From positions 62,001 through 126,000 of the forward strand of contig JAPMXV010000031.1 in assembly GCA_026936335.1 (NCBI GenBank): a DNA stretch of 64,000 nucleotides. Direction: 5' to 3'. Made by a program: the position numbers and the translations under genes. Below, in pieces: positions 34,284 through 47,400 of the stretch; the stretch's first letter is position 1, and every line of letters begins with the position of its first letter. Source of the DNA: Mantamonas sphyraenae STR306 (taxonomy: Eukaryota; Protista; CRuMs). The notes beneath the pieces were generated by a model, which made no database searches, was not told the origin of the DNA, and worked only from the letters and a program-made list of their open reading frames with translations.

Positions 34284-36902
34284 ATGTCGCTCACCATGCG
34301 TGCTAGGTCGCGCAACCAGCGTCAGTCGCGCTCGTCTGCGTCTGTGAGTTGCCGCATTCTTGCGTATGAGGGTGTGGGGATCGTGAAAGAAAGAGCTGCA
34401 CTGACACGTCGACGTGGGTCACGGTTGCCAGTCGTCCTCACGCCGCACCATTTACGGCTATCCACCTGAGATCCCAGGCGAGGTTTTCCAGGAGCCACCT
34501 GCACGAAAGGTGAGCAACCGTAGCGAGGACTACCTGGCCAACGAACCGGACGCCGAGAACAACTTGGGGACGCTGTTTGTCAGCAACTACCGCCTCGTGT
34601 TTGTGCCGCACAGCAAATGGTCAGACAAAACGCCTCCCGCAGGGTGGGGCATCCCGGCAGAGGAGTCATCCGACAACAGCAGCAGCAGTAGCAGCGGCAG
34701 CAGCAGCAGCAGCAGCAGCGGCAACACAGAGGAAGAGGACACCAAAAGCACTGAGAGTACCAAAGAGGAAGAGAACAGCACAGGCGATGAACCCAGCGAT
34801 GACGTCGATGATGTGGTCGAGAACATGGAGCAGCCTAGCGGCGACGACGACGAACAGGTGGAGCAAGAAGCAGAGGCAGAGGAGGCCGCTGGCGGCGAGG
34901 TAAGCCCTCTTCGCAAAGAGGAACACACCCTCCGTTTCTTGCTTTCCCACGCACGCTGACACCCAACCGCGCCTCTACGTTGCATCGCACGCACTCCACA
35001 TGTGCGGCACTGTACCTGCCCCGTCTGAATCCGCCTTTGCGTTTGTCCTGACTCGCAGACTGTGCAAGAAGTTCGCTCACAGGACGCGGCGTCGCGTGTT
35101 TGGTCGCATCCCTGCGTTTTGCACGTGCCCCTGGGCTGCGTGTCGCGCGTGGAAAAGATCGGCGGGAAAAACTCCAGCGGAAGCAACCAGTACTGCATTG
35201 ACATCACCTTCAAAGATTTCCGTCCGAACCTCAAGCTGGCCTTTGATCGCCAAGAGCGCACCCGACGCACCGTCTTTGAACTGCTGCAGACGCTGGCCTT
35301 TCCCACATCCGCCAGCCGCTCCTTTGCGTTTAGTCACAGGCATGCGCGCGGTGACCAACCCGAAGGCGAACTCGACGGCTGGACGGTGTACGATCCAGCG
35401 CGGGAATTCGAGCGCCTCGGCGTTGCCACAAGCTATCACTGGCAAGTCACCGACCTCAACTCGTCCTACTCTGTGTGCGACACCTATCCGTCTGTGCTCT
35501 GTGTGCCCACAGAGATGAGCAACGCCGAACTCGCATCTGTCGCTTCCTTCCGTTCTCGCGCGCGCGCCTGCCTGCCCTCAGTTTCAAGAGCATGTGGTCG
35601 CAGGCCACCATCACCCGGTGTTCGCAGCCCAAGGCTGGTCTCTCTCGCTCACGCAACACCGAAGACGAAAAGATGCTCGTCAAGATCCACGAGGCGAACC
35701 CCATGAGCGAGAAACTGTACATTATGGACGCCCGGCCCAAGGTCAACGCTTACGCAAACACAGCCAAAGGCGCTGGCTTCGAGTCGCTCAGCAACTACTC
35801 CAACTGCGACCTCGAGTTCCTGGACATCGAAAACATCCACGTCATGCGCGACTCCCTCGCCAAGCTGTTTGATCTCTGCAGCACACATGGACGCAACTGG
35901 GACGCGGACCGCCTCGCCTCTGCCCTTGACTCTACAAACTGGTATACGCACGTGCAGCTTGTGCTCCAAGGCGCCATCAAGACCGCGCGCTACATTGCCG
36001 GCCTGCAGAGCGTCTGCGTGCATTGCAGCGATGGTTGGGACCGCACCGCACAGCTCAGTTCCTTGGCGATGATCATGCTCGATCCCTACTATCGTACCAT
36101 GGAAGGGTTTGCCGTCCTTGTGGAGAAAGAATGGTGTGCGTTTGGCCACAAGTTTGCCGAGCGCATCGGTCACCTTGACAAGCGCTATGACGACCAACAG
36201 CGTTCGCCTGTCTTTCTCCAGTTCCTGGACGCCACATTCCAGATCCTGCGGCAGTTTCCAGACCTGTTTGAGTATCGCACCAGCTTCCTTGTCCGTGTTG
36301 CCGAGGAACTGTTTGCGTGCCGCTACGGAACATTTCTCTTCAACAGCGAGCGTGAACGCGTGGTCAATCACCTCAGCGACTCGACGGTGTCGCTGTGGAC
36401 CGACCTGTTGGCAGAGCGGGACCAGCACGTCAACCCCAAGTTTGTCAGCATCGAGACACAGAACGAAAAGTTTGCTGGGGACTTTGTCCTTCCCGAGTGC
36501 GACCGTGCAGGCCTCGTCCTGTGGCAGGAATTCTACCTGCGCCACTTTGAGCCCAAGCTGGGCGCAGAGACGTGGTTGCAGGATTCCACATGGCTGTTGG
36601 GCGAATCGACGTCGACGTCGTCAACGTCGTCGTCGTCGTCTTCGTCGTCACCCGCCACATCCTCCTCTTCGGCGGATATCGAGGCCGCAGATATACAAGG
36701 GGTCGACGAGACACAGCAGCGGCTGCAGCAGTACGAAGAGGCATTCTCGTCTCTGCGTACACAGCTGAACGAAGCCCTGCAGCGCGTGGCAAACGTAGAG
36801 GCCGAAAACGCAAACCTGCTGGAAACTCAAACGATGCTGCAGGAAGAGAACAAGTCGCTCAAGGAGCTTCTCAGACAGCTTACCGAGGGAGGAAATGAAT
36901 GA
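34284..36902 (+). CDS. Myotubularin phosphoinositide 3-phosphatase (PH-GRAM, PTP, coiled coil), with an apparent frameshift at about 35560
   Basis: GTLFVSNYRLVF, GWTVYDPAREFER, CDTYPS, RCSQP, IENIHVMR, catalytic VHCSDGWDRT, VEKEWCAFGHKF. Introns 34344-34431 and 34900-35058. Confidence 0.93.
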
Positions 36903-36954
36903 CGAGTGATTTCTGTTCGCCCAAGCCTGCGCGACTGAGCACACAACAACAAAC

Positions 36955-39900
36955 ATGTCCGAGCCGTCGGCGGCATCCACGTCGCCACGCAAAGTGGAGA
37001 TGCAGCTGAGCCTGGACCAAGACCAAAAGGCCGGCAGCAACAACAGTAACAAGAGCAGCAAGGCCAAGCAAACAGGCAAGGCCAAGCGGAAGAACCGCTC
37101 CAGCAAAGGAACACTCAAGGGCAAGGCTGTTGCGGCGGACGAGACCGAGACGGTGACCAAGTCGCCTCACCCTGTGTCCACCACAGAGCTCTTCACCCCT
37201 ATTGATGACTTTCCCATGATGAGCCTGCCCAAGAACAGCAACGAGCTGAGCTCGTCTGTCCACCAGGTGCTCACGTCGCCGCGACACGTCGCTGCTGAAG
37301 ACGACGTGCACGCCTCGGACTCCTCTGCCGGCGCTTCCACGGCCACGGCCCACTTTAGACCCCAAAGCACCTGGGATTCTCGCTCATCCTTTGTGTCAGC
37401 ATCGCGTGAAGGCATGCGCCAGTCCGAACATCCAGTGTTTGGCTCCCAGCAGGTGAGTTGCCTTCTCCGGCAACCAACGGTCACTCTCGTTTTCCGCCTC
37501 CCATTGCCCTCTGGCTGCTCCTACGGATCCACCGTGGCCTGCACATGCCATCTCCATGCAATGTGCACCTGAGGGTCGTTGTCGAATCTCGCGTGCTGTC
37601 TTGCTGGTCCCTGTGCGGCTGGCCGTTTCCCAACAAGTTCATCAGCAGCCCGCAGTTCGCTCACACCCGATTGCCCCCTCTCGCCCATATCCAACCCCTG
37701 ACCCCTCCTGACACCCAACGCGGCTCAGCATCAGGGGCTCTCGAGCAGCACCATCCAGAATGCACACAAGCAGAAGCTCAGCAAGCGTGTGCTCAACAGC
37801 AACTCGGTGTCGCCGCGAGCCCGCAAAGCCCAGCTCGCCTCCCAGCACGCCCGCCACGTTCACATCCTCTCTGTCTCTTCAGACTTTCACCAGAGCACAG
37901 ACCCATTCTTGCTCGACGGATCTGCCTCTGCACAGGGTCTCTCACCCAACACAAAGAGCTCTTCCTCGCGCAAAAAGTCGAATGCCGGCAAGGGCCATCA
38001 CCTCGACCGCAGCACCTCCCTCCGCCCAGTCAAGGGCGGCCATACGGCGTCTACAACCAACCTACCGTCTCCACACAAGCTGCTTCTGTCCTCCTCCAAC
38101 TCCTCTTCTCCGAAAGCTTCACCCTTGCCCAAGCACGGACGCGCGTCCACCAGCGTGAAAAAGTCCTCAAGGGTCGCACACACGCGCGAGCAGATCCGCA
38201 CCCTGCACGACAACGACGCTTCCGACAACTTTGGCAGCAGCAGCAGCAGCGCAGCATTCGCTTCCTCTGCCTCCCGCAGGGCCACGGCCATGGATGGCAA
38301 GACGCCCCTGGGCGATTCCGACGACCCGCTCGACGCCATTTCTCCTCTGCTTCTCTCAAAGTTTCTCTTGCCCGTCGATTCGGTGTCTCTGCAAGAGATG
38401 ATCGATCGAAGCTCCTCCGAAGGCCTGCGTCACAAGCAGTTTAAGCTCGAGACTCTTTACCGCACTGCAACCGACCGCATCGGCGCAAACTTTTCCCCGC
38501 ACACCACGCAGCTCAGCCCGCGAAAACCCAAACTCTCGCAAAAGAGCCGCATCGAGTTTGAAGAAGGCGAATCTCAGCATGTGCAGGCACACGCCGACCA
38601 TCCCGACCAGGAGGCTCAGCTCGAACAGCTTATTCCATTATTGACCTTTGACGACCCCGAGCGCTTTGAGATCCACTCGCCTCAAGAGTGGCTTGCTCAA
38701 CCCACTCCCGAGGGCCGTCTCGGCACACCAGCTCGCTTCTTCCACTTCAACTCCACGTTTGGCAAGTGGTTCTGGGACGACTGCGATGTCACCTCCTACG
38801 ACGAGCGCACAGAGCTTTACAACATTACCTACCACATGGGCCTCAAAACAGCCACTGTTTCTCGCCTCATGCTCCTCTTTGACGCAGAGAGCCCCGACCT
38901 GTTCACTGCCCGTGTTCAGCACGCTCAATCAATGCGTCGTGAGGCCTTGGCTGCCATCCGCTCCAAGATCTTTGTTGAGCGCCACATCGAAGACCAGCTG
39001 GTAGCTCCGCGACACGTCCAAATGCAGGACAACATCCTGCGCAAGCTGCTCGAGTCCGACCCCATTGACGAATCGGCTGTCCAGGACGACGCAAAACACC
39101 TCCTCGCGTCCAGCTCGGCCCACGACCACCACCAGCATGACAGCCAGGAGCAACAGAATCCAACCATCCAGCCCGACGACTTTGAGTTTGCCGACCTCGT
39201 GCGTGAACTGCTCGACGAGACCGAGCGCGACTACATCAACAGCGTCAAGCAGGCCATTTTCGCCTACACGCTGCTCAACCCCATGGAGCGCCAAAAATTG
39301 GCCGTGCTTAACCTCAAGGTGCCCGAGTCGCCTTCATTTCTGCGCAACCACAGGCCCGAGGACCCCACTGCCTTGGCCGGTCCGTTGCTTGACGACCCGC
39401 CCATCCGCGAACGCATCGCCTTTTTGCAGGACAATTTGCTGCGCGCACGACCGGTCATCGAAGACCTTCTGGAAGGCGTCATGCGCATCTGGGAAGGAGT
39501 CGGTGCACGTCTGTTGGTGACGGCCGACGCGCCAACCCCTGCACACATCGACGACTTTTACGAGCTTCAGTCCGGCGCCTGTGAGCGTCAGAGGAAGGTC
39601 CTGCACAAAAACTGGGTTCCCTCCGTGTTTGACACCGTCGAGAGCACCCTCAATTCCTTGTACGACCTGAAAAAGCTCAAGGCGGATCTGCTCACCGACA
39701 CATGGATCCCGTCGCTGCTCAAGAATGTCCAGCTCATCATGTCCGATCAGCTTTTTGACCTCATCTATCGATCCTTGCGTGCGTACGCAGCCATCTTTGC
39801 CGCCTACATGCTGGACGGAGCGCACCTGCAGCGCATTGTCGAGAACCAGTTTTTCGGCGACCTGCTCAACTTCCACACACACACGCTGCTCGTGCAAGAG

Positions 39901-42900
39901 ACCAGGCAGGAGATCGACCTCAACTTCCTCGCCCTGCGCCCGCCCCTGTTCTTTGTGTCCATCGAGCACGAAGAGAACGCCATCGTGTGCTCGCCCACCC
40001 CCGCGTACATTCGTCGGCATGTCGACCGCGTCTTTGACCAGATTCTGGAGGCTGGTAGCTCCATCCCGGCGGTCAACTCGGAGCTGTTTCCGTCGTTCAC
40101 CTTGGAGAAGGAGGTACTGCTGTCTGTCAGCGATCGCGACCCCGTTGTGCTGGAGACGCGCGAGACGGTGCTGCAAGCGCTCGAGTCCAACTTTGCCGTC
40201 ATCGACAAGCTCATCTCCATGTACAAGGAGTACACATACATTTTGGCGTTCAACGTGGACGCCCATCTGGCCATGCTCGCACCCGGACGTCGCAAAGACA
40301 TCCGCAGCGTGCGTGCCGAGATTCGCCACTTCCGAACTGTGCGCACAAACATCCTGCAGCGCACCGTGCGTCACATCACCTACGGCCTGCTGGACATCTC
40401 GCTGCACAAGTTGCAGGATCATCTGGTCGCGGTGGCCTCGGAGGTGCTCGAGCGCATGCTGGCGATGATCGAAGGGGAAATCCAAAGCGAGACGCAGAGA
40501 CTGGACGAGGACTGTGAGGAGGTGCACGCACGAATCACGGCACGTCCAAAGCAAATCGAAGAAATGGTAGCCAAGGAGCGCATGCTGATGGGCATCGGCG
40601 AGGAGGTGGACGCCATTCTGGAACGCGTGGCCAACACGCAGCAAAAGGTGGATCTGCTGGAAGAGTTCCAGTATGCACTGGACGACGACTTGTGTGCCCG
40701 TTCGTGGAAGGTGCGCATGTGGCCGAACCGATTGCTGAATGCTGTGCGCGACGAGACGGTTGTGATGGACGGCGACCGCGACAATTTCATGGAGGCCTTG
40801 CGTACGCAGCAGCGCTCGTTTGTGGACAAGACGGCGAAAACGCTCATGGCTGCTGACGAGTTTAAGCTGCAGTCCAACTATGACAACGCACAGGCGCTGG
40901 CGGAGCAAGCGGAGAAACTGCGCGCGAGCGCGGCGTCGCTTGTGGCCGAGGCGGAGCTGTTTAATTCGCGTGAGGGTCTGCTTGGTTGGCAGCGCACGGA
41001 CTATTCGCACATCTTTGAGATGAACATGAGCTTTGGGGCTTTCCATCAGCTGTGGCAAACGGCAGCCGAATTCCAGCGAAACACAGTGTCCTGGACCGAC
41101 GGCCCGTTCAACGCGCTTGACCCGGACTCGATTGAAAACGCAGTGACGTCGTGGTCTCGAGACCTCTTTCGACTCAAGCGTGGCTTCCAGCGCGCCAACC
41201 AGCACGCACCGCTCAAGGTGGTGGCCAGCTGCGAGGCTGCGATCAAGGAGTTTAGCCAGCACCTGCCGCTTATTTTTGCCCTGCGCAACCCTGCGCTGAA
41301 GGATCGGCACTGGCGCCAGATGATGGAGGTGGTGGGCCACCGCATCCAGCCTACGGACGATTCGACGCTGTTGTCGTTGACACGCTATCAGCTGGGTGAT
41401 CGCATCAAGCGCATCGAACAAATCAGCACCACCGCCAGCCGCGAGTGGACGCTGGAAAAGGCGCTGGACAAAATGGTGGCTGACTGGCGTGGCGTCAACT
41501 TTGAGGTCAAATCGTACCGCAACACGGGCACGTATGTGTTGCGTGCGGTGGAGGACATCGAAACGCTGTTGGACGACCACCACGTAAAGACGCACACGAC
41601 GCGCTCGTCGCCGTTCATCGGACCGTTTGCGCAGCGTGCACAAAAATGGATGGACACCATCACGACCATGCAGCGCACACTGAGTGCCTGGGAGGAGTGC
41701 CAGCGCCTGTGGATGTATTTGGAGCCGATCTTCTCCAATGTGGACATTGTGCGACAAATGCCAAACGAGGGCTCGCAGTTCCAAGTGGTCAACCGCATGT
41801 GGAAGCTGAAGATGAAAGCGACGCTGGACAATCCGCACGTGCTTGTGGCATTGACAGAAGACGACGCGTTGCAGCGGTTCACAGAGGCCAACGAGCAGCT
41901 GGAGAAGATCCACCGTGCTCTGAAGCAGTACTTGGAGATGAAGCGACTCGCGTTCCCGCGCTTCTACTTCCTGTCGGACGAGGAACTGTTGGAGATTCTC
42001 AGCGAAAGCAAGGAGCCCGTGCGCATCCAGCCGTTCCTGCGCAAGTGCTTCGACAACATCAACCACCTGGAGTACGAAGAGGACAAGCACTTTACAGCCA
42101 TGCGTAGCGTGGAGAAAGAGCGTATCCGCTTCCTGCGCCCGGTGAACCCGAGGCACTACGGTGGCCTCGTGGAAAACTGGCTGAATGCCATCGAGCGAGC
42201 CATGCGAAAGTCGGTGCACAGTGTGATTGAGCGCTCGTTGGAGGCGTACAACAAGCAGCCACGGCACAAATGGGTTTTGGAGTGGCCGGGTCAGGTTGTG
42301 ATCTGTGTGGCGCAGATCTATTGGACCATGGAGGTGACAGACATCCTGAAAAGGCGCGGATACCAGGGGCTGCACGCGTACCTGCAGCAGCAGTCGGAAC
42401 AGATCGACCAGATTGTGGCGCTTGTTCGCGGCAAGCTGAACAAGCTGCATCGGCTGACGTTGTCCGTGCTGGTGACGCTGGACGTGCACGCGCGCGACGT
42501 GGTGCGCAGGCTCATTGAACGCAAGGTGGAGTCGCCAGACGACTTTGAGTGGCAGGCTCAGCTGCGCTACTACTTTGAAGCCAACCAAGTGGTGGTACGC
42601 ATGGTGAACACAAGCGTCAACTACGGCTACGAGTACCTCGGCAACACGGGTCGCCTTGTGATCACCAATCTGACGGATAGGTGCTACCGTACGCTGATGA
42701 ACGCCGTACAGGCACAGCTGGGCGGCGCGGCACAGGGTCCTGCCGGAACAGGCAAGACCGAAACGACCAAAGACCTGGCCAAGGCTGTGGCAAAGCACTG
42801 TCTGGTGTTCAACTGCTCCGACGGCCTGTACCATCAATCCATGGCCAAGTTCTTCAAGGGCATTGCGTCTGGAGGAGCCTGGGCGTGCTTCGACGAGTTT

Positions 42901-44464
42901 AACCGCATCGACCTGGAGGTGTTGAGTGTGATTGCGCAGCAAATCATGACCATCCAATCTGCCATCCGGTCGGAGCGCACACGCTTTGTGTTTGATGACT
43001 CGGAGCTGTCGCTGGACAAGTCGTGCGCCGTGTTTATCACGATGAACCCTGGATACAGCGGGCGCACGGAACTGCCAGACAATCTGAAGGCACTGTTCCG
43101 CCCTGTGGCCATGATGGTGCCCAACTACGCCCTGATTGCAGAGATCTCCCTGTATTCGCACGGATTCCGCGAGGCACGGCACCTGGCCAACAAGATTGTG
43201 GCCACGTACAGGCTTGCATCGGAACAGCTGTCGTCGCAGTCGCACTACGACTTTGGCATGCGCGCCGTCAAGGCCGTGTTGACGTCTGCGGGCAACCTGA
43301 AGCGCAAGAATCCGAAGGAGCAGGAAAGCACGCTTGTGCTGCGTGCCATCAACGAGGTCAACCTGCCCAAGTTCATTGGTCCTGATCTGCCGTTGTTCCA
43401 GGGGATCCTGAACGACCTGTTTCCGCAGACGCCTGCACCGCAGGTGCCATACGATGACCTTGTGGAGGCGATCAACATGGGCTGCATCGCAAACAGCGTG
43501 CGAGCTGTGCCTGCGTTTGTGACCAAGTGCATCCAACTGTACGAGACAATCAACGTGCGGCACGGGTTGATGCTTGTGGGTGACCCGCTGTCCGGCAAGA
43601 CGTCGAGCTACCGCGTGCTCGCGGTGGCGCTGGACACGCTTGCCAAATCGCACAAGGAGCTGCGCGTGCGCACAACGGTGATTGCGCCCAAGGCAATCGA
43701 CATTGGTCATCTGTACGGACACGCAGACCGAGTGTCCAACGAATGGAACGACGGTGTGCTTGCAAACGCCTTTCGACAGTGCGCAAGCGAAATGGGCGAC
43801 GAGCGGCAATGGGTTGTTTTTGACGGCCCTGTGGATGCTGTCTGGGTGGAAAACATGAACACGACGCTGGACGACAACAAGAAGCTCTGCTTGTCATCGG
43901 GTGAAATGATTCCGATGAACGAGCACATGAACCTCATCTTTGAGGTGGAAGACCTGCGTGTGGCGTCGCCAGCTACGGTGAGCCGATGTGGCATGGTGTA
44001 CATGGAGCCGAACGAAATCGGGTGGAAGCCCATGTTGGAGGTATGGATTGGGCAGCTGAACGATGAGGCAATCCCGCACGAGTACCTGATCAAGCGGCTG
44101 TTCAACTGGCTTGTTCCGCCCTGCCTGCGCTTCATCCGACGCATCTCGCGGGAGCCTGTGGCAACCACAGACCTTTGGCTGGTGCGTTCCTTGATGAGCA
44201 TTTTCGGATGCTTCTTCACGCCTCGTCTGGACGACAATGCCGCGTTGGAAAAGGACAACATGCCGTGGTATGTACATCTGGAAGAGGACGAAGCGGACCC
44301 GGAGAAGCTTGCGCGTGAAGAAGCGCAGCTGGTGAAGAAGATCCACGGCTGCTTTGTGTTTGCGCTTGTCTGGTCGCTGGGCGCCACCTGCGACATGGAA
44401 GGGCGCGTGCAGTTTGACCGGCTGCTGCGCGACCTGCTTGCGGGCGACACAGATACCGCGTTTG

Positions 44465-44496
<32 letters not shown>

Positions 44497-47400
44497 GGAG
44501 GGAAACCTGCGCTTGCGGGCCTGCAAAGCGAAGGCAGCGTGGATTCGCAGTCATTCGGCGAGTTTGACGAGGACGAGGAAGTGAGCGGGCCGCTGGTGAT
44601 GGCAATGCCTCTGCCAGCGACTGGTCTCGTGTACGACTACCGAGTGGATGAGGAGGCGGTGGAGTGGGTGCCGTGGATGAAGGGCGACGAGCGAGTGGAG
44701 ATCGAAAAGGGAGCCAAGTTCCACGAGATCATTGTGCCGACTGTGGATACGGTGCGCTACACGTACCTGCTGAACCTGATGGTGACGCACGGGCGACCGA
44801 TCCTGTTTGTGGGCCCCACGGGCACGGGCAAGAGTGTGATGGTGCAGGACTACCTTCGCCGCGGTGTGGATCCAGCAAGCTTCCAGTCGCTGTTTGTGCA
44901 GTTTTCCGGCCGCACGACGGCGGCACAGACGCAGTACATGATCGAAGACAAGCTGGACAAGCGCGAGAACAAGGGCTTGGGGCCGGCACTGGACAGACAC
45001 TGCGTTGTGTTTGTGGACGATCTGAACATGCCGATCCGCGAAGAATCTGGAGCGCAGCCGCCGATCGAGCTGCTGCGACAGTGCATGGACCACGGTGGGT
45101 GGTACAACCTTTCGACGACATCCTTTACGCCGATTGTGGACGTGCAGTTTGTGGCGGCGATGGGTCCGCCGGGCGGAGGGCGCTCGCAAGTGAGCACACG
45201 CTACCTGCGCCACTACAACCTTGTGTATCTGACCGAAACCGGCACAGGCTCGCTGAACAAGATCTTCACCACGATCTTCCACTGGTTCCTGGAACAATTT
45301 GAAACGACGATGCGCGTGACGTGCAAGCCAATTGTGGAAGGGACGGTGGAAGTGTACCGTACGATCAGCAGCGAGCTGCTGCCGACACCATCCAAGTCGC
45401 ACTACACGTTCAACCTGCGTGACCTGAGCAAGGTGTTCCTGGGCTTGATGGGGGCCTCGCCGCTGCTGGTGAGCACAAAGAAGGACATGTACCGTCTGTG
45501 GGTGCACGAGTGCCAGCGCGTGTTTGGAGACCGCTTGACGAACGAGCGAGATCGATCGTGGTTCCGCAACCTTCTGCAGCAGGTTGTGTCTGCTCGCACG
45601 GCAATGTCGTACCGGGAGATTGTTGACACGGATGCAGGTGCACACAGGGACGAGCTGATGTATGTGGACCTGTTCCACAGCGAAACGAACCAAACGTTGT
45701 ACCAAGAGGTGTCGTCGCTGGAGCAGATCCAGGGCGTGATGGAAGACCAGCTGAACGATTACAACGGCAGCCATGACCGACCCATGCACCTGGTGATGTT
45801 CGAGGCAGCTGTGCAGCACGTGGCACGCATTTTGCGCATCATCCAGCAGCCGCACGGGCATGCGCTGCTGATTGGCGTCGGTGGCTCGGGCCGGCAGAGT
45901 TACAGCCGTTTGGCGGCGTACATGGCTGGTTACGAGGTGTTTGAGGTCGAAGTGACCAAGAGCTACGGCCCGGAAGAATGGCGCAATGACCTGAAACGGC
46001 TGATGCGCCGCGGAGGCGTGGAGGGCGTCTCGTGTGTGTTTGTGCTTGTGGATACGCAGCTGAAGCATGATTCGTTCCTGGAAGACGTAAACAACATCCT
46101 CAACACAGGCGAGATCCCAAACCTGTTTGCAGCGGACGAAAAGGCAGAAATTATCGAGACGCTGACGGCCGAGGTTCAGATGCTGGGTGTGCCGGAAACG
46201 CCCAGCAACATCTTTGCACACTTTGTGGCCAAGTGTCGCGAGAACATCCACATGGTGCTGTGCATGTCGCCTGTGGGAGACGCGCTTCGCACGCGCTTGC
46301 GCACGTTCCCGTCGCTCGTCAATTGCTCGTCCATCGATTGGTTTGACCCGTGGCCACTGGACGCACTCGAGGGTGTGGCGCGTTCCAAGCTGTCTGCAGT
46401 CGACTTGCGCGTGCAGGATCCCGAAGAGCGCAAGCGTGCCTGGTTGAAGAAGATGGGTTTGGAGGAGGATGAAGAGGAGGACGAGGATGACAGCAAGGAG
46501 GACAGCAAGGAGGACGCACAAGCGTCGTCGTCATCATCATCATCATCTTCATCGTCATCGTCATCGTCATCGTCAAGCAAAGAGAGCAGCAAAGGCGACA
46601 AGACGATGTCCAAGTCGCTTTCGCTGTCCATGACACGGTCTGTAAGCACGGGCGAGGACTCGCTGTACCAGAGCGTGGTGTCATCGTGTGTGTACATCCA
46701 TGATTCGGCGCAGAATCTTGGCGAAGAGTTCAAGAGCCAGCTGCGCAGGCACTATCACACGTCGCCCACAACGTTTTTGGATCTGCTGCACACCTTCCAG
46801 CAGCTGCTGACGGAGCAGCGGCAAAAGGTGACCGAGTCGCAAAACAGGTACTCGACCGGCGTGGAGCGCATCAACAACACAGAGGACGATGTCAAGGGGA
46901 TGCAAGAGTCGCTGCAGCGCATCCGGCCCGTGTTGGAAAAGAACGAGGCGGAGACGGTGTTGCTGATGGAGAAGCTGGAGAAGCAGCAGCAAGAAGCAGA
47001 TGAAGCCAAGGCCGTTGTGGAGCGTGACGAGGCAGAAGCACACGCCGAGGCGGAAAAGGCGGCTGCAATTCGCGATGAGTGCAGTGCCGATCTTGCGTTG
47101 GCGGAACCACTGCTGGAGGAGGCGTTGGAGTCTCTGAAGAACCTGACCAAGGACAACATCAGCGAAGTGCGCACGCTGCACAACCCGCCGGAACAGGTCA
47201 AGTTTACAATGGAGGCTGTGTGCATCCTCATGCAGATCCGCCCGGACCGTGTACGCACAGTGACAGGCATCGAGAATGAGTACTGGAGCGTGTCGTTGAA
47301 GCTGCTTGCGGATCAGGACTTCCGAAGCAAGCTGATCGACTTTGACAAGGAGAACATCCCGCCCGAAGTGATCAAGAAGGTGCAGAGGTACGTGAACCAT

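Noticed and set aside
39334-43809. 1491-aa antisense ORF (and 656-aa and 715-aa ones) within the dynein gene
   Set aside because: Shadow ORFs from GC3-rich codon bias on the sense strand; no recognisable motifs.
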